DNA of 64,000 bases from an uncultured Bacilli bacterium (GTDB taxonomy: Bacteria; Bacillota_I; Bacilli_A; RF39; UBA660): the NCBI GenBank assembly GCA_947624135.1, contig CANQIV010000001.1, positions 5,331 to 69,330 of the forward strand. Reading direction: 5' to 3'. Both the position numbers and the translations under genes were made by a program. Each line of letters begins with the position of its first letter. The first letter of the stretch is position 1. The notes beneath the pieces are model-generated. The model had not been told where the DNA came from. It did not search any database and saw only the letters and a program-made list of their open reading frames with translations. Below are positions 11,393 through 21,593 of the stretch, piece after piece.

Positions 11393-12361
11393 ATGAAAAT
11401 AACAATACTTGGTGTTGGAGCATACGCACTCGCACTTTCTAAAATATTAATAGAAAATAAAAATGAAGTAACTATATGGACTCAATTTGAAGAAGAAAAA
11501 GAAGAATTATTGAAAACTAAAAAAAGTTCAAAACTTAAAGGTTTTAAACTAGATAGTAAAGTAAATATAACAACAAATTTAGAAGAATCAATAAGCTTTA
11601 GTAAATTAATAATTATCGCAATACCAACTCAATTTATTTCAGATGTATGTAAAAAAATTAATAAATATATAAAAAATGATCAACATATTTGTATTGCAAG
11701 TAAAGGAATTGAACAAGAAAAATGTTTGTTTATTCATGAAATTGTAAAAGAGCAAATAAAAACTAAAAAAATTGCAGTTATATCTGGGCCTAGTTTTGCA
11801 ATTGATCTAATAAATAATATACCAGTAGGACTATCTATCGCTTCAAAAAACACAAATACAATAAAAGTAATTGAAGAAGCTTTTTTAAATGATTACTTTG
11901 TATTAAATAAAACAAACGATATAATTGGAGTTGAAATATGCGGTTCAGTTAAAAATATTATAGCTATAGCTTCTGGAATAATAGATGGACTTGGTTATCC
12001 AATATCTACCAAAGCAACATTTATAACAAAATCTTTAAATGATATAAAAGGACTTATAAATTTATTAGGTGGATCAAATAAGACAATATTAAGTTATGCA
12101 GGATTTGGAGATATTTTACTTACATGTACTAGTGAAAAAAGTAGAAATTATTCATTTGGTAAAATGATAGGTTCAAAAGTTTCTAAAAAAACTATAGATG
12201 ATTATAAAAATAATGCAACTATAGAAGGTTTACATACATTAAATAGTATTCATAAATTACTTAAAAGTAAAAATATTAACATTAAATTAATAGATACAAT
12301 GTATGATATAATATTTAAAGGGGAAAAAGTAGAAAATATAGTTTATTATATTATAAAATAA
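11393..12361 (+). CDS. gpsA: NAD(P)H-dependent glycerol-3-phosphate dehydrogenase
   Basis: N-terminal Rossmann KITILGVGAYALA; conserved GxxKNxIAIAxGIxDGLG block. Confidence 0.75.
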   Translation: MKITILGVGAYALALSKILIENKNEVTIWTQFEEEKEELLKTKKSSKLKGFKLDSKVNITTNLEESISFSKLIIIAIPTQFISDVCKKINKYIKNDQHICIASKGIEQEKCLFIHEIVKEQIKTKKIAVISGPSFAIDLINNIPVGLSIASKNTNTIKVIEEAFLNDYFVLNKTNDIIGVEICGSVKNIIAIASGIIDGLGYPISTKATFITKSLNDIKGLINLLGGSNKTILSYAGFGDILLTCTSEKSRNYSFGKMIGSKVSKKTIDDYKNNATIEGLHTLNSIHKLLKSKNINIKLIDTMYDIIFKGEKVENIVYYIIK

Positions 12362-12385
12362 TATAACTAATTTTGGAGGAGTAAC

Positions 12386-13777
12386 ATGATATTTAAAGGA
12401 TATTTAATTATTTTTAGTTATATATTTTTACTTATTTTTTTAATTGGACCATTTATTAAAAAATTTACAAATATAGAAACATCTAGAAAAATTATTCATA
12501 TATTTTTATTTGCTGTATGGATTTTTATAGATATTTTTATGAAAAATACAATTCATCAAATAATTATACCTATAATATTTTTAATACTAAATATAATGTC
12601 ATATAAGTTTAAAATATATAAAAGTATCGAAAGAGAAACTGAAAATCATTTTGGAACAATATATTTTGCAATCGCTATTACAATTATAATGCTTATATCT
12701 TATATATTTCCAAAGTTTTATTATCCAAGTGGTATAGCAACTTTTTGTTTAACTTTTGGAGATGGTTTCGCCGCACTTATAGGGTACAATACAAATACAT
12801 TTAAAATATATCAAAATAAAACAATAAGTGGATTTATTTCTTGCTTTATATTTTCTTTTATTTCATCGCTTTTGTTTAGTTATTTTTATAACATTCCATT
12901 AAATTTTATGATGTGTTTATTAATTGGTTTAGCGACTGCTATAGTTGAATTAGCAGGTAGGGGACTTGATAACTTTTCTGTTGTATTAATTTCATTTATT
13001 ATGAGTTATATGTTTTTAAATTACCCAACACCCATATTACTTATTAGTATAATTCTTGCTGAAATAATATTCATAATAGTATTTTTTTCAAAATCAATTG
13101 ATTATTATGGCTCAATACTTTCAATGTTTATTGTATTTTCATATTTATTTTTTGGTAATTATTTCACACTTTCAATATTACTTTCCGAATACTTCTTTAT
13201 ATTTTTAATTTCACTTTTCAATAAAAAAGAAAAACATGGTAGAAAATTTTTGCAAATTTTAATTAATGGAGGGCTTGGAACATTATTTATTATTTTATAT
13301 GGAATATTTAAAAATATTAATCTTTTAATAATAAGTATTATTCAAATAAGTGGATGTTTTATTGATTCAGTTTCATCAGATGTTGGAACACTTTCTAAAA
13401 AACAACCATACGATATTTTTAAACGAAAAAGAATCGATAGTGGTCTATCCGGTGGTATGTCTATACTTGGAACACTTTCTTCATTTATATGTTCTATTCT
13501 TATTTCTTTAAGTATGTATTTAGTACTTAATTTAAAAGTTTTAGATTTAGTTATCATTACAATAATAATTTTTGGACAAACTATAATAGATTCATTATTA
13601 GGTTCATGCGTGCAAGTAAAATATAAGTGTAAAGAATGTGGAAAAATAGTTGAAAAAAATAAATGTTGTAATAAAGTAACAAGTAAAATATCAGGTGTTT
13701 CTTGGATAAATAATAATATGGTAAATTTATTATCATCAATTGTAATTACACTAATTTCAATAGCAATATATTTATAA
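12386..13777 (+). CDS. polytopic membrane protein with C-terminal Cys4 zinc-ribbon, function unknown
   Basis: 463 aa, more than 10 predicted TM helices; C-terminal CKECG...CCNKV. Confidence 0.45.
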   Translation: MIFKGYLIIFSYIFLLIFLIGPFIKKFTNIETSRKIIHIFLFAVWIFIDIFMKNTIHQIIIPIIFLILNIMSYKFKIYKSIERETENHFGTIYFAIAITIIMLISYIFPKFYYPSGIATFCLTFGDGFAALIGYNTNTFKIYQNKTISGFISCFIFSFISSLLFSYFYNIPLNFMMCLLIGLATAIVELAGRGLDNFSVVLISFIMSYMFLNYPTPILLISIILAEIIFIIVFFSKSIDYYGSILSMFIVFSYLFFGNYFTLSILLSEYFFIFLISLFNKKEKHGRKFLQILINGGLGTLFIILYGIFKNINLLIISIIQISGCFIDSVSSDVGTLSKKQPYDIFKRKRIDSGLSGGMSILGTLSSFICSILISLSMYLVLNLKVLDLVIITIIIFGQTIIDSLLGSCVQVKYKCKECGKIVEKNKCCNKVTSKISGVSWINNNMVNLLSSIVITLISIAIYL

Positions 13778-13863
13778 TATTTGTTAGACAAAATTTTTAA
13801 TATACGATATAATTAAGTTAGTTTAAGTATATAAAACTAAATAAAAGATAAGGAAGTGAATAA

Positions 13864-14121
13864 ATGACTAAAACAATAGGTAAGGTAATAGATGTTTATA
13901 TTCCAGAACAATATAAAAATGGCGGATTATTAGATGTTATGGATAGGACTAATATTGGTTTTAAAGTAATGGTTAATAATGATATAAAAGAAATTATAGT
14001 AGAAGCAAATGAATTAAATGCAAAAATAATGAAAAATGATTTAGTTTTAATTATAGAGCAAGATATATCAGGTAAACATTTTATCGATATTGAAATTTAT
14101 GAGGGTGATGGTAATGAATAA
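13864..14121 (+). CDS. hypothetical small protein (85 aa), first gene of helicase operon
   Basis: Good RBS AAGGAAG; stop overlaps helicase start. Confidence 0.4.
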   Translation: MTKTIGKVIDVYIPEQYKNGGLLDVMDRTNIGFKVMVNNDIKEIIVEANELNAKIMKNDLVLIIEQDISGKHFIDIEIYEGDGNE

Positions 14122-16720
14122 TAATGAGTTTCAAATGGTTGGATTATATGATCATAATGCGGATAGTTATAGAAAAATAAAATCTGCATTTGAAACTGGA
14201 GAAAATGTAGTTGGAATTGTACATGCAACAGGTACAGGTAAATCATATAATGCATTACAACTTGCTTATGATAACAAAGATAAAAAAATAGTTTATGTAG
14301 TACCATCAAATGGAATAATAGAACACATAAAAAAAATAATAGAAGATAATCCTAATTTAGATTTAACAAGAGATTTTTCAAATTTAGAATTTAGAACATA
14401 TCAAAGTTTTATATCTTTATCAAAAGAAGAAATAGAAGATATTGATTGTGATTTATTAGTTCTTGATGAATTTCATCATATAGGAGCACCTATATGGGGT
14501 TCAAGAATTAATACGATGATAGAAACTCATTCTAATATGAAAATATTTGGTATGACAGCTTATACAGTAAGAGATAGAGGAACTCAGTATGAAAGAGATA
14601 TGGCAAATCCTGATACAGATGAATTATTTTCTAATAAAATAGAGAGTAGATATGATTTATGTGATGCGATGATAGATGGAATTCTTCCAAAGCCAATATA
14701 TAAAAGTGCTTATACTAATTTAATAGGTTTAGAAAGCAAATTAGAAGAAAGAGTTCAAAAACTAGATGAATCTAATAAAGAATATAAAGAATATATGTCA
14801 ATTTTATCTGATGTTAAAAAGAAAATACATGAAGCCCCAAGTATTCCTAATATTTTAAGAAAAAGTATTAAACCAAATGGAAAATATATTTATTTTTGTC
14901 CACCTTGTGTTGAAGAAGGTACTAATGATATTGAAACAATTAAAAGTCAAGCATTTGAATGGTTTAAACAATTTGTACCTGAGGAAGATATAATTTTTTA
15001 TACATCAACAAGTGATATGGGTGAATATGGAAAACTAAATAGAAATTTATTTTACGATGACATAAGTTTAGATGGTAAAAAAGTAGACAATAAATTAAGA
15101 GTAATGTTTGCAATAAATCAATATAATGAAGGAATACACGCACCTAATATAGATGGAGTAATAATGGGAAGAGGAACTACATCGGATATTGTCTATTTTG
15201 AACAATTAGGTAGGGCACTTTCAGTTCGTGGAAATACAAAAGATATGTTTGATGAATTAGAAAAACATTCAATAGAAGAATTAATAGAAATGTGTAAATC
15301 AAGAGATATCCCTATTAAAGAAAATATATCTAAAGAAGAACTAATTGAAAAGTTAGTAGCTCCCGTTGTTATTGATTTAACTAATAACTATGATTTTATT
15401 AAAGAACTTGAAAATAATTTAAGAGATAGGATTAAAGATATACAAAATAATGGATTAGGCAATCATAGAAACATAAAACTAAAAGATGCATCATTTGATA
15501 TTGAAATAGAAAATCAAGATTTATTTGAAATGTTAAGATATGTTAATGATAGATTAACAATGACATGGGAAGACTATTATGAACTTGCAAAAATTTATTA
15601 TAATCATCATGGGAATTTACTAATACCACAAAGATTTAAGACAAACGATGGTTATACATATGATGAAAACGGAACAATAAATTTAGGCTCATGGTTAACT
15701 GTACAAAAAAGCACATTTTCAAAATTATCTGAAGAGAAAAAACAATTATTGCAGTCAATAGACTTTGTTTCAAATTTTCGTAATGATAGATGGCAAAAAA
15801 ATTTTGAACTAGCAAAAATATACTATAATCATCATGGAGATTTACTAATACCACAAAGATTTAAGACAAACGATGGTTATACATACGATGAAAATGGGAT
15901 AGTAAAACTAGGAATATGGTTAAATAATCAAAAACTTAGGTTTTTAACATTATCCGAAGATAAACAGCAATTATTACAATTAATTGGTTTAGTATTTAAT
16001 ACAAATGATGATAGCTGGCAAAAAAATTTTGAACTTGCTAAATCATATTATGAACATCATGGAGATTTATTAATACCATCTAGATTTAAAACAAACGATG
16101 GTTATACACAAGATGAAAATGGAATAAAATTAGGACAATGGTTAGATAGCCAAAGACAGAGTTTTTCAAAATTATCCAAAGATAGACAACAATTATTACA
16201 ATCCATAGGTTTTGTTATTAGTGTATTTGATGATAGATGGCAAAAAAATTTTGAACTTGCAAAAATATATTATGAACATTATGGTAATTTGTTAATACCA
16301 GATAAATTTAAAACAAACGATGGTTATACATATGATGAAAACGGAATAAATTTAGGAAGATGGTTAAATAATCAAAAAATCAGATTTTCAAAATTATCCA
16401 AAGATAGACAACAATTATTGCAGTCAATAGGTATGATTTGGGATATTAAAAAAAATAATGAAGAAATATACAATTTATGTGAACAATATAATATAGATAT
16501 TGAAAGAAATAAAACTATTCTTAAACATATTTCAATTCAAGAACTAAAATCTAAAATTGAGTTTCTTAAGGTAAATAATTTGGAAATAGTAGGTGAAAAT
16601 GGTGCATTAATTGATATATTTTCTATGAGCAGTCCTGATATGAAAGAAAAATATGGTATTTCAATTGAAGAAATTATAGATGAATATTATGTAAAAAATA
16701 AAGAGACTAAAGGTGATTAA
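14114..16720 (+). CDS. SF2 (DEAD/DEAH-like) helicase with four C-terminal helicase-associated (HA) domain repeats
   Basis: Walker A HATGTGKS, DEAH-like VLDEFHH; four ~75-aa repeats WQKNFELAKIYYxHHGxLLIP..FKTNDGYTYDENG..LG.WL; start re-picked at ATG 14114 after GAGGG. Confidence 0.75.
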   Translation: MNNNEFQMVGLYDHNADSYRKIKSAFETGENVVGIVHATGTGKSYNALQLAYDNKDKKIVYVVPSNGIIEHIKKIIEDNPNLDLTRDFSNLEFRTYQSFISLSKEEIEDIDCDLLVLDEFHHIGAPIWGSRINTMIETHSNMKIFGMTAYTVRDRGTQYERDMANPDTDELFSNKIESRYDLCDAMIDGILPKPIYKSAYTNLIGLESKLEERVQKLDESNKEYKEYMSILSDVKKKIHEAPSIPNILRKSIKPNGKYIYFCPPCVEEGTNDIETIKSQAFEWFKQFVPEEDIIFYTSTSDMGEYGKLNRNLFYDDISLDGKKVDNKLRVMFAINQYNEGIHAPNIDGVIMGRGTTSDIVYFEQLGRALSVRGNTKDMFDELEKHSIEELIEMCKSRDIPIKENISKEELIEKLVAPVVIDLTNNYDFIKELENNLRDRIKDIQNNGLGNHRNIKLKDASFDIEIENQDLFEMLRYVNDRLTMTWEDYYELAKIYYNHHGNLLIPQRFKTNDGYTYDENGTINLGSWLTVQKSTFSKLSEEKKQLLQSIDFVSNFRNDRWQKNFELAKIYYNHHGDLLIPQRFKTNDGYTYDENGIVKLGIWLNNQKLRFLTLSEDKQQLLQLIGLVFNTNDDSWQKNFELAKSYYEHHGDLLIPSRFKTNDGYTQDENGIKLGQWLDSQRQSFSKLSKDRQQLLQSIGFVISVFDDRWQKNFELAKIYYEHYGNLLIPDKFKTNDGYTYDENGINLGRWLNNQKIRFSKLSKDRQQLLQSIGMIWDIKKNNEEIYNLCEQYNIDIERNKTILKHISIQELKSKIEFLKVNNLEIVGENGALIDIFSMSSPDMKEKYGISIEEIIDEYYVKNKETKGD
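15558..16450 (+). repeat. four tandem ~225-bp intragenic repeats encoding HA domains
   Basis: e.g. taataccacaaagatttaagacaaacgatggttatacata recurs at 15621 and 15846 (offset 225 bp). Confidence 0.8.
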
Positions 16721-16721
16721 T

Positions 16722-17048
16722 ATGTTTTTAGAAAAGTATTTAAATTCTACATATTTAGATTTAGTTTATAGCAATTATGAAGAAAACTATATAAATTTAT
16801 TAGATGAAGATAATTTTAATAAAATTTATATGTTATTAAAAAATAATAATTTCTATTTCATTGAAGATATTATTTTAAATTATTTAGAATTATTTGAAAT
16901 TGAAGAAAAATATGTGGGACTTGCTATTTCAAGTGTTAAAAAAATTTTAGGAAATGATTTTGTTAAGAAAATTGGTCAAAATTTACAATTAATTGATAAA
17001 GTTATTGAACTTGCAATAGGTTATAGTGATGCGGATAATAAAATATAA
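16722..17048 (+). CDS. hypothetical protein (109 aa), third gene of helicase operon
   Basis: start overlaps helicase stop region; RBS AAAGGTGA. Confidence 0.4.
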   Translation: MFLEKYLNSTYLDLVYSNYEENYINLLDEDNFNKIYMLLKNNNFYFIEDIILNYLELFEIEEKYVGLAISSVKKILGNDFVKKIGQNLQLIDKVIELAIGYSDADNKI

Positions 17049-17055
17049 TTAAAAA

Positions 17056-17098
17056 AACGGAAATTAAAACTTTTTATAAAAGATTTGTTCCGTTTTTT
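17056..17098. terminator. bidirectional terminator between helicase operon and tsaC
   Basis: AACGGAA ... TTCCGTT stem with T run on plus and A run before. Confidence 0.4.
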
Positions 17099-17099
17099 A

Positions 17100-17684
17100 T
17101 TATATATAATCTTTAAATTCTTTTATTAATTTTTTAGAAATAGTTCCTTCTCTTAAAATAATTATTTTATTATTTTCAATTTTGATAAGAGTAGATGGAA
17201 TAGTATTAAGTTTTCCTTTATCATAAATATAATCAATACTATCTTTTAAGTCATTATCCAATTCATTTAAACTACTTATAACATCATTTCCTGATATATT
17301 AGCGCTAGTAGCAACAATTGGTATATTTAATTCTGTTAATAATTCATATAAAAATTTATCATTTGGTATTCTAATTGCAACATAAGAGTTTGGTGATATA
17401 TATTTACTTATTTTGTCATTTTTAGGTAACAATATACTTAATTTACCTGGTGTATATTTATCTATTATTGTATTTTCTAAATTAGTTATATTAGTAACAT
17501 ACTTTTTTAACATTTCTTTATTACTAACTAAAATAGGCATACCTTTATTTAAATTTCTTTTTTTTATTTGAAATATTTTTTTTACCACCTCATCTTTTGT
17601 AGCATCCCCAACTATACCATAAGTAGTATCAGTAGGTATTATAGCTATTTTTCCATTTTTTAATATATTAATTAATTCTTCCAT
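17100..17684 (-). CDS. tsaC: L-threonylcarbamoyladenylate synthase (YrdC/Sua5 family)
   Basis: YrdC-domain motifs IIPTDTTYGIVGDA, KKIFQIKKR, ATSANISG. Confidence 0.8.
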   Translation of the reverse strand: MEELINILKNGKIAIIPTDTTYGIVGDATKDEVVKKIFQIKKRNLNKGMPILVSNKEMLKKYVTNITNLENTIIDKYTPGKLSILLPKNDKISKYISPNSYVAIRIPNDKFLYELLTELNIPIVATSANISGNDVISSLNELDNDLKDSIDYIYDKGKLNTIPSTLIKIENNKIIILREGTISKKLIKEFKDYI

Positions 17685-17945
17685 ATTATCTCCTTTTAAA
17701 AAAATATATTTTTGAAATATAGTAATATTTTATCACAAAAATTATAAGAGTAGGGTATCTAAGTTTGAAAATAATTATGAAAGATTAAATAATTAATGCT
17801 CAAAAAGGTTGAAATAAAATATAATAAAGATGTATTTTATAAATAAATTTATATTTGATATAAGAAAATATTAAAATTCTAAATAGTATAGAAAAATGTG
17901 CTATAATATATTTATAATTATTATTTCAATAGATAGGAGGAAAAC

Positions 17946-18809
17946 ATGGTTTATTTAAAAAATTTTAAGTTATTAGATGAGGATCAAGAATACTTTATAA
18001 CGTATGAAGAACAGAGAAGAATATTTAATAATAATTATCCCTTGCATTTATTTTCAACTAAATCTTTTGAACACATTGATTTTGATAGAATTACAATTTT
18101 TTATGGTGGAAATGGTTCAGGGAAAACAACATTAATAAATATTATTTCACAAAAATTAAAAGCTTCAACAAAGACTCCAATTGATAAAGGTTCATATTTT
18201 GATTTATATGTTAAACATTGCGATTATGAAATGTCTTTTGATCAACCAGTTGAAATAAAATTAATAACAAGTGATGATGTTTTTGATTATCTTTTAAATG
18301 TACGTTCAATAAATTCAAATGTTAATAGACAAAAAGAAAAATTAAGTAAAGAGTATTTAGATTATAAATTTAATAAAAATGTAAATTCATTCGATAATTA
18401 TTATGAATTAAAAACAAGTTATGAAACAAAAAGAAATTCAATGTCTAAATTTGTTAGAGAACGATTGGGAAATAACAATATTATTGAGTGGTCAAATGGT
18501 GAATCAGCTCTTATGTTTTGGGAAAGAGAAATACAAGAAGATGCTATTTACATTTTAGATGAACCAGAAAATAGTTTATCTGCAGAAAATCAATTAAAAT
18601 TAAAAAAATTTATAGAAGATTCTGCTAGATTTTATAATTGTCAATTTATAATTTCAACTCATTCTCCATTTTTACTAAAACTTATAGATGCTAAAATTTA
18701 TGATTTAGATGAAATTCCTGTGACTACTAAAAAATGGACAGAGCTACCTAATGTTTTAGCATATTATAATTTTTTTAAAGAATATGAAAATGAATTTAAT
18801 AAAAAATAG
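17946..18809 (+). CDS. ABC/AAA_21-like ATPase, uncharacterised (island cargo)
   Basis: Walker A GGNGSGKTTL, Walker B IYILDEPE, downstream ISTHSP (H-loop like); 287 aa. Confidence 0.7.
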   Translation: MVYLKNFKLLDEDQEYFITYEEQRRIFNNNYPLHLFSTKSFEHIDFDRITIFYGGNGSGKTTLINIISQKLKASTKTPIDKGSYFDLYVKHCDYEMSFDQPVEIKLITSDDVFDYLLNVRSINSNVNRQKEKLSKEYLDYKFNKNVNSFDNYYELKTSYETKRNSMSKFVRERLGNNNIIEWSNGESALMFWEREIQEDAIYILDEPENSLSAENQLKLKKFIEDSARFYNCQFIISTHSPFLLKLIDAKIYDLDEIPVTTKKWTELPNVLAYYNFFKEYENEFNKK

Positions 18810-18940
18810 ATAATATAAAATTTTATATTTAAATTTATAAAGTTCTAATATATTCATCAGGTCGATAAAATAGTTTTAAATAAAAATAGCTATACTTTTA
18901 TTGATACTTTAGAAAAATAAATGTAGTTTACTTAAGGAAA

Positions 18941-19162
18941 ATGTCTGCAAGAAACTTACGATATATATATAAATTTGTTAGTGAATTTGATAATGATGAA
19001 TTTTTGCAAGGAGTCCTTGCAAAATTACCTTGTAATCATAATCAAGTATTATTAGATGAAAATAAAGTAAATGCAGAATTAGCTTTATTTGATAAAAAAT
19101 ATAAATTTCATGATATAATTTTATTAGTTGAAATACTTGGAGGTAATTATGTATTCTATTGA
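18941..19162 (+). CDS. hypothetical small protein (73 aa)
   Basis: RBS AAGGAAA; 3' end overlaps next ORF. Confidence 0.35.
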   Translation: MSARNLRYIYKFVSEFDNDEFLQGVLAKLPCNHNQVLLDENKVNAELALFDKKYKFHDIILLVEILGGNYVFY

Positions 19163-20150
19163 AGAATTAGCAAATTATATTTCACTAGATGAAATCCCAA
19201 ATGCTTGGAATAATTGTTTTGAAGAAATAAAAAAATCATATAATTATGATTGGTTGAAAAAATATTACTTTGATTTAATTTTAAATTATTATGAACTTGA
19301 TGATAATTTTAAAGAAAGATTTATTGATCAATTAAATTTACTAAATAGTGATAATAAACTTAATCTTATATGCTATATAATGTATTATATTTTATTTATA
19401 GCAGATGACAAGAATTATTATAATGTATGGTCTTGGAAATCAACGTTGAATATATTTAAAAATAATGGTAGTTATATGATTCCTGTTGTAGCGTTATTAT
19501 GTGGTTACGAATTTCATATAAAGAATATGAAATATAGAAATTTTGATAATGAACAAATTGTATTGCAAAAATATAATATTAAATTAGTTTGCACGAATGA
19601 CAAAATAAAGTATGGTATAGATGGAATTAGATTTAGTCAAATGATGTGGGGATCATACTTTATGAAAGGTAATTTGATTCAAATAGGAAGATTACAATAT
19701 GAAATCGTTGTTGAAAATTTTGATAAATTAGATAAATACTTTGAAGAAAAACATAAATATATTTATATTCACATACCAAAAGGTAAAGATTTGAATGAAA
19801 AAGATGTTAATGAATCATTATGTTTGGCAGATAAATATATAAAAAAATATTATCCTGAATTAAAAAATGAAAAACTATCATATTATACAAAGACTTGGTT
19901 ATTGAGTCCTGAAATAAAAGAAATATTATCTAATGATAGTAATATAATAAAATTTCAAAATAAATTTAATATTATAGAATATGAAGAAAATATTAATGAT
20001 TTTTTGAATTTTGTATTTGATGTAGTTATAGATAAAGTAGAATATAATGATTTACCTGAAAAAACAACTTTACAAAAAGAACTAAAAAGAAAACTTTTAA
20101 ATAATGAAAAATTACATTTAGGATTAGGAATTATAAAAAATATACCTTAA
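19149..20150 (+). CDS. hypothetical protein (333 aa), no recognisable motif
   Basis: RBS GGAGG 7 nt upstream of ATG 19149; followed by strong terminator. Confidence 0.5.
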   Translation: MYSIEELANYISLDEIPNAWNNCFEEIKKSYNYDWLKKYYFDLILNYYELDDNFKERFIDQLNLLNSDNKLNLICYIMYYILFIADDKNYYNVWSWKSTLNIFKNNGSYMIPVVALLCGYEFHIKNMKYRNFDNEQIVLQKYNIKLVCTNDKIKYGIDGIRFSQMMWGSYFMKGNLIQIGRLQYEIVVENFDKLDKYFEEKHKYIYIHIPKGKDLNEKDVNESLCLADKYIKKYYPELKNEKLSYYTKTWLLSPEIKEILSNDSNIIKFQNKFNIIEYEENINDFLNFVFDVVIDKVEYNDLPEKTTLQKELKRKLLNNEKLHLGLGIIKNIP

Positions 20151-20155
20151 CAAAG

Positions 20156-20196
20156 GCACTCTAATTGACTATGTCAATTTGCAAGTGCGTTTTTAT
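20156..20196 (+). terminator. rho-independent terminator after 19149..20150
   Basis: GCACT-CTAATTGAC-TAT-GTCAATT-TGCA-AGTGC nested hairpin followed by GTTTTTATTTT. Confidence 0.6.
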
Positions 20197-20214
20197 TTTG
20201 ACAAAATAAATTTT

Positions 20215-20245
20215 AAATAAAAGAAAACTCACACGAAAGTGTGAG
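20215..20245 (-). terminator. terminator for minus-strand XRE regulator gene
   Basis: CTCACAC-GAAA-GTGTGAG perfect hairpin; T-rich on minus strand after it. Confidence 0.5.
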
Positions 20246-20355
20246 TAATTATCATATTGAAGTGAGAACAAAGGTTATTTGAAATTCCTAATAGTAAAGT
20301 TGATAAACAACTAATCATCGAAATAATAACACATTTTTAATTCTTGTCACATTTT

Positions 20356-20598
20356 TTATTCAAATAATTTATCCATTGTTACACATAAAACAACAGAAAT
20401 CTTATACAAAGTATCAACAGAGCAACCAACAGCTCCTTTTTTATATTCGATTCTTCTAATGAAATCATAAGATTTCCCAACATCAACAGCTAATTGTTCT
20501 TGAGTAATACCAGCAATTTTTCTATATTTCCTAATATTCTCTGATACTTTTGACATAATATTATCTTCAAATTTTAAATCTCTTTTAAAAGTAGTCAT
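20356..20598 (-). CDS. XRE-family helix-turn-helix transcriptional regulator
   Basis: HTH_3-like ITQEQLAVDVGKSYDFIRRIEYKK; start chosen at Met27 of the track ORF, preceded by AGGGTG RBS. Confidence 0.75.
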   Translation of the reverse strand: MTTFKRDLKFEDNIMSKVSENIRKYRKIAGITQEQLAVDVGKSYDFIRRIEYKKGAVGCSVDTLYKISVVLCVTMDKLFE

Positions 20599-20654
20599 AC
20601 TATCACCCTTAATAATATTCTCTAATAAAAGGAATTTTATGTCCGGGAACAGAA

Positions 20655-20698
20655 AAGTCCTGTATGGTATTGTCAAGTCCTGTTTTTTGATATATAAT
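20655..20698 (+). promoter_or_regulatory. divergent promoter/operator region
   Basis: direct repeats AAGTCCTGT at 20655 and 20675 overlapping a TTGTCA-17-TATAAT promoter facing the zinc-ribbon gene. Confidence 0.35.
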
Positions 20699-20748
20699 TA
20701 TATGTAGACAATAATTCTTGTTTAAAGTTGTAAGGAGTGTGGAGTAAC

Positions 20749-21555
20749 ATGGCAATTATTAAATGTCCAAAATGCAACGAAGATGTTTCTGATAAATCAA
20801 CTAAATGTGTTCATTGTGGTCAGGTTTTAATTGAAGAACCAAAGCTATTTTGCGAAGAATGTGGAAATGAAATAAAAAAAAGTGATAAGGTATGCAGTAA
20901 ATGTGGTTGTCCAGTAGATAAAAAGCATGAACCGCAACAAGTTGAAGTTACAAAAGTAAAATTGGGTGGAGGAATATCTAAGAAAACAATTATTATAGGA
21001 ATTGTTTCTATTCTAGTTATTGTTGGAATTATCTTTGCAGTAATAACTATTAATAAGAAGAATGAAGAAAGAAAAGCAAGAGAATTAAGCGAACAATATA
21101 AAGAAAATTTAAGTACTATAACATACAAAATGTTAAATGGAGCTGCACAAGCTGAAGATTGTGGCAACAAAATCAAAAAAGTATGGTCTAACACAATTTG
21201 GGAAGATGATGATCCAGAAACAGATAAATATACTAAAAAGAATGGTGTATTTAATGATGATTTCAATGATTCTTTATCAACTTTATTTGCAGATCCAGAT
21301 TTTATTAAAATTACTGATGGTGTTGAACAAAATAAAACTGAAGTTAATAAGTTAATGAAAGATATGAAAAACCCGCCAGAAGAATGGACAGATGCTTATA
21401 GAGATTTAAAAGATTATTATGATGACTATTTAACTCTTACTAATTTATGCACAAATCCAAGTGGTAGTTTAACTACATATTCTTCTAATTTTAGTAATGC
21501 AGATACTGATACAGTTAATGGATACAGCAAAATGAAGTCATATTTAGATTACTAA
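20749..21555 (+). CDS. double zinc-ribbon membrane protein, hypothetical
   Basis: CPKCN..CVHCG and CEECG..CSKCGC ribbons, one TM helix, acidic extracellular domain. Confidence 0.5.
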   Translation: MAIIKCPKCNEDVSDKSTKCVHCGQVLIEEPKLFCEECGNEIKKSDKVCSKCGCPVDKKHEPQQVEVTKVKLGGGISKKTIIIGIVSILVIVGIIFAVITINKKNEERKARELSEQYKENLSTITYKMLNGAAQAEDCGNKIKKVWSNTIWEDDDPETDKYTKKNGVFNDDFNDSLSTLFADPDFIKITDGVEQNKTEVNKLMKDMKNPPEEWTDAYRDLKDYYDDYLTLTNLCTNPSGSLTTYSSNFSNADTDTVNGYSKMKSYLDY

Positions 21556-21593
21556 TAGAATTAGTAATCTTTTTATTTTAGAGGGAGCAAATT

